Below are positions 60,132 to 64,000 of a DNA stretch of 64,000 nt, piece after piece. The first letter of the stretch is position 1, and the number at the start of each line of letters is the position of its first letter. Both the position numbers and the translations under genes were made by a program. The notes beneath the pieces are model-generated. The model had not been told where the DNA came from. It was given only the letters and a program-made list of their open reading frames with translations, and made no database searches. Where the stretch lies: NCBI GenBank assembly GCA_963844715.1, contig CAWJPJ010000007.1:128001-192000 (forward strand), in the 5' to 3' direction. Source of the DNA: an uncultured Phycisphaerales bacterium (GTDB taxonomy: Bacteria > Planctomycetota > Phycisphaerae > Tepidisphaerales > Tepidisphaeraceae).

Positions 60132-62566
60132 ATGCTTGCGGGTCGATTCATCCTCGAATTGCTGATCCTGACGGTCAGCGGGCTGGGGTCCGGTCTATTC
60201 ATCGTGCGCCGGTATCGCTGCCACCCCGTCGAAAAACTCTGCCTGGTGATCGCCGTCTCATGGACCGTTGTTTACATCGCGGGTACGGCGATCTATCTGG
60301 CGCATCTCCCTATCGCGTGGCATTTTGCCGTCTCCGGGGCGAGCCTGATCCTGCTGATCGTGGTCTTCGGCGAATTCCGATCGCTCTGGCACAGCCGGCA
60401 AGTGCGGCTAACTGCCTACGGCTTCATCTTCCTCTACTTTTGGAATCTGCTGATGCTGAGCCTCATCCGCCAGTATTCCGGCGGATCGTTCGCGGGTGAC
60501 TGGTACGAGCATTATCACCGCGCGCTCTTCTTCGCGCAGTATCTGCCCAAGGACACCAAATTTTTGACCGTCTACGATCTCCCGGCGCGCCCGCCCATGA
60601 TGAACATGCTGGGGGCGCATGTGCTGGCACAAGTCGGAATCCAGTACGATTTATTCCAACCTGCGGCCGCGTATTTCAATCTGCTCATCTATTTCCCCTG
60701 CGCTCTGCTGCTCGGGGCGCTGGCGCGGCGCGGCGCAGGCTTCTGCCCCTGATGATCGTCCTCTTCGCGGCTTCACCCGTCCTGGTTGAAAACGTCACCT
60801 ATACCTGGACGAAATTATTCGCCGGTTTTTTTATTCTTCTGGGCACGTGGCTCTATCTGCGCGGGTATCAGAAGCAGGACGGCTTCCGGATCGTCGCGGC
60901 CTTCGCCTCATTGTGCGTCGGTATGCTTGTCCACTATTCCACCGGGCCTTACTTGCTGTTTTTCACCCTTCACTATGCCTGCACCTGTTGGCGGCGAAAA
61001 AATGTAATCGTCGAAGCGGCCGCAATCGCCGCGATCTGCCTGCCCATCCTGGCAACCTGGTTCGCCTGGTCGTTTTATTTTTATGGGTGGAAAACCACCG
61101 TTGCCTCGAACACCAGCGTCAGCGGGACGGAACAATTTTCCGTCTCGGGCAATCTCCAGAAGATCGGCGCCAACATCGTCTCGACGGTTTTTCCCCATCC
61201 GCTTCACATCTCCCGACACGGTTTCGACAAGGACTATTACCAGCCGAATGACCTCGGCTATCTACGCGATTACTGGTTCCTCATCCTTCAGCCCACATTT
61301 CCCGCCGCGATCGGAACTCTCGGCGGATTGGTTGCCCTCTATATCCTATGCAAAAAACTCAAAATCCTTCCGCCGGCGCAGAGCATTTTCTGGGGGACGT
61401 TTGTCGTCTTCTGCGCGCTCGTCGGGATCGCGGCCCATGGCGAACCCGACCCCATGGGCGTCGGGCACATTTGCCTCCTTCCTCTGTCGATCCTCGGCGT
61501 CGCGTTCCTGGCCGCCAATTTCCTATCCCTTCCTGTCTGGGTTCGCGCTCTGGTCGCCGTCTTTGCGATTTTCGATTTCTCGGTAGGGATCTTCCTCCAC
61601 ATTCGCATGGAGCAAATCTATTTCGATCAAATCGTTATCAATCCCGGCCCCATCATCCTCATCCCGCTGACTTCTCAGTTGCTCTCCTCGCAGGCCGTCT
61701 TCAATTCCCTGTGGCGTGCCCAGCAACACCTCCCGTATTGGGCGGATCATTTCCAATCCGTCGCGGTCTGGCTCGAATTCCTGATCATCTTGTGCATGTC
61801 CGTCTTGCTTCACCCGCTGGCGATGGCCATTCGGGGTCAGCCGATTCGATTCCGCCGCCGCCCTGACTGGGTCTTCTATCCTCTCCTGTTTCTTCTCGTC
61901 GCGCTGGCTCTCTATTGCTCAAAGGATCTGCTCGATGGCTCCGCCGAGGCCGCGCGCCAGCAACTGGCCACGCCGATGGATCAGTTGAAGCAGGAAGCGA
62001 GCGACGCTTATCAAGCCGCCCAGGCGAATCCGGAATCCTCGGCCGATCGGGTTGCGCTCGGCGAGGCGGCCTATCGCACCGGCGACGCGCAGGCCGCCAC
62101 CGACATCCTCGCCGAGGCTTTCGCAATGGACTTGTCCAATCTCCAGGCCCGCTACGATGCCCTTTTGCTATTCAACACGTATATGCCGTTCACTCCGCAG
62201 GGGAGAACTCTGCTCGCGGTTGCCGAAGCCGTCTGGGAGAACCCCGACTCCGCGACGTATCGCCAGCGCCTTGGAATTCTTCTGATCCAGCATCACCACT
62301 CCGCCCAGGCTGTCGCCCAGTTGAACGAGGCCGTTCAGCTCACCGGCGGAAATTCCCCCGATGCCCTGGTGCTCCTGGGGATCGCCTACGAGCAATTCGG
62401 CACAGCCGATGGCCTGAGCAAATCCATCCAATGCTTCGGCCAAGCCCTGCACCTTCGCCCGGATTCGGCGGATATCGAAGGCGCCTTCCGCAAAGCCCTC
62501 CAGGCGCGCGGCGACAGCGATGCGCAAATCAATATACTCATCCAGCAGGCGCACGGCGGACCATGA
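60132..62566 (+). CDS. Polytopic GT-C-like membrane protein with C-terminal TPRs (indel near 60740)
   Basis: GDWYEHY.R..FF, ARPP.MN, N.TYTWTKL and L.HYS.GPY, with many TM helices and a TPR tail. Confidence 0.7.
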
Positions 62567-62578
62567 CGCGCCGCCCTC

Positions 62579-64000
62579 ATGACCGCAGCCCGCTTCATCT
62601 TCGAACTGATTATTCTCGTCGTCGGAAGTCTCGGCTGGGGTTTGGCGATTCTGCGGCGCTTTAAGTTGCCCCCGCTCGAAAGGCTCTGCCTGGTTGTGGG
62701 CCTTTCATGGTTCGTCGTCTATCTCGCCGCCACGGGAATTTACCTGGCGCATCGTAGCGGCAAATGGGAATTTGGGTTGTCGGGGATAAGCCTGATTTTA
62801 CTGGGTCTGTGCTTTGGGGATTTGAAAAAGCTGTGGCATAGCCGACAGGTTCGGCAGACCATTTGGGGGTTCGGCCTGCTGCTGGCCTGGAACCTGCTGA
62901 TGCTGAGCCTGATCCGGAATTACTCCGGCGGGCTTTGGTCGGGTGATTGGTACGAGCATTACCAGCGATCGTTGTTCTTCGCCGAGTACCTGCCGAAAGA
63001 GACCAAGTTTCTGGAGATTTACGATTTGCCGGCGCGGCCGCCGATGATGAACATCCTGTGCGCCCGACGTATTGGCGCAGGCGGGCGAGCGATTCGATTT
63101 GTTTCAGGTCGCGGCGGCATTCTTTAACCTGCTGATTTATTTTCCTTGCGCGCTTTTAGCGGGCGCGCTGGCGCGGCGCGGACGACGGCAGTTGCCGCTG
63201 CTGGTGGTGCTCTTCGCGGCATCGCCGCTGCTCGTTGAGAACGTCACGTATACCTGGACCAAGTTATTCCCGGGGCTTTACATCCTGCTGGGGACGTGGC
63301 TGTATCTGCGCGGATTCCAGAAGCAGGACGCGTTTCGGATAGTCGCCGCCTTCGCGAGCCTGTGCGTCGGGATGCTGATTCATTATTCGGCGGGGCCTTA
63401 TCTGTTATTTTTCGCGCTGCATTACGCATGGATCTGGCGGGGGCGAAAATGGAAATGGGTCGAACCACTGGCGATTGCCGGCGTGTGCGTGCTGATCCTG
63501 GCAAGCTGGCTGGGATGGTCGGCCTGGTTCTACGGCTGGCATACGACGGTGTCGTCCAACACGACCGTCATGGGCTCAGAGTCATTATCGTTCGGCGGAA
63601 ATCTCCAGAAGATTGCAACAAATATTATTTCCACCTTGATTCCGCATCCGCTGCATGTTTCGCGAAACGACTTCGACAAGGCCCTCTATCAGCCGAACGC
63701 CATGGGATATCTGCGCGACTACTGGTTCCTCGTATATCAGCCGACCGTTCCCGAAGGGATCGGGTTGGTCGGGGGATTGACGGTAGTTTATCTGCTCGTG
63801 CGCAAGCTTCGCGCGAGCATTATCGCTCGACCAGCGCATTTTCTGGGCGGCATTCATCGTTGTCTGTACCCTCGTCGGAATTGCCGCGCACGGCGAGGCT
63901 TCGGATACGGGGGTCGGACACATCTGTCTTTTGCCGCTGTCCATGCTGGGCGTAACATTTCTGGCGGCGAATTTTCCGTCGCTGTCGCTCTGGCTGCGGG
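62579..64000 (+). CDS. Tandem paralog of the preceding membrane protein, 3'-truncated by the window (indels)
   Basis: Same motifs GDWYEHYQRSLFF, ARPPMMN, ENVTYTWTKL and GYLRDYWFL spread over shifted frames. Confidence 0.7.

Overview
High-GC core-genome window, most likely from a Planctomycetota bacterium (Phycisphaerae/Tepidisphaerales-like). That assignment is inferred from DUF4159, a C-terminally extended ECF sigma factor, a GT3 glycogen synthase and dnaN without an adjacent dnaA. Housekeeping genes: dinG-like helicase, dnaN, dciA, asnB, rpoN, rpmE, gatB, radA, hemL, tsf, rpsB, recR, accA, system II cytochrome c biogenesis genes, hemA, tRNA-Leu(GAG) and tRNA-Gly(CCC). Other genes: three TPR/GT41 (OGT/SPINDLY-like) glycosyltransferases, a Doc/AbrB toxin-antitoxin pair, a CE15 esterase plus GH28 hydrolase, and a small islet after tRNA-Leu carrying a Sel1-repeat gene and a HEPN-motif gene. 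About 19 genes, including essential accA, and the tRNA-Leu acceptor stem carry 1-2 nt indels in homopolymer or GC-dinucleotide runs. These are best read as long-read errors, not pseudogenes. The most notable non-coding signals are: a candidate oriC upstream of dnaN with DnaA boxes and DnaA-trios but no dnaA; a second DnaA-box cluster 45 kb away; a family of modular, nested palindromic repeat elements; and a ~160-nt rod-like (6S-like) RNA candidate upstream of accA.
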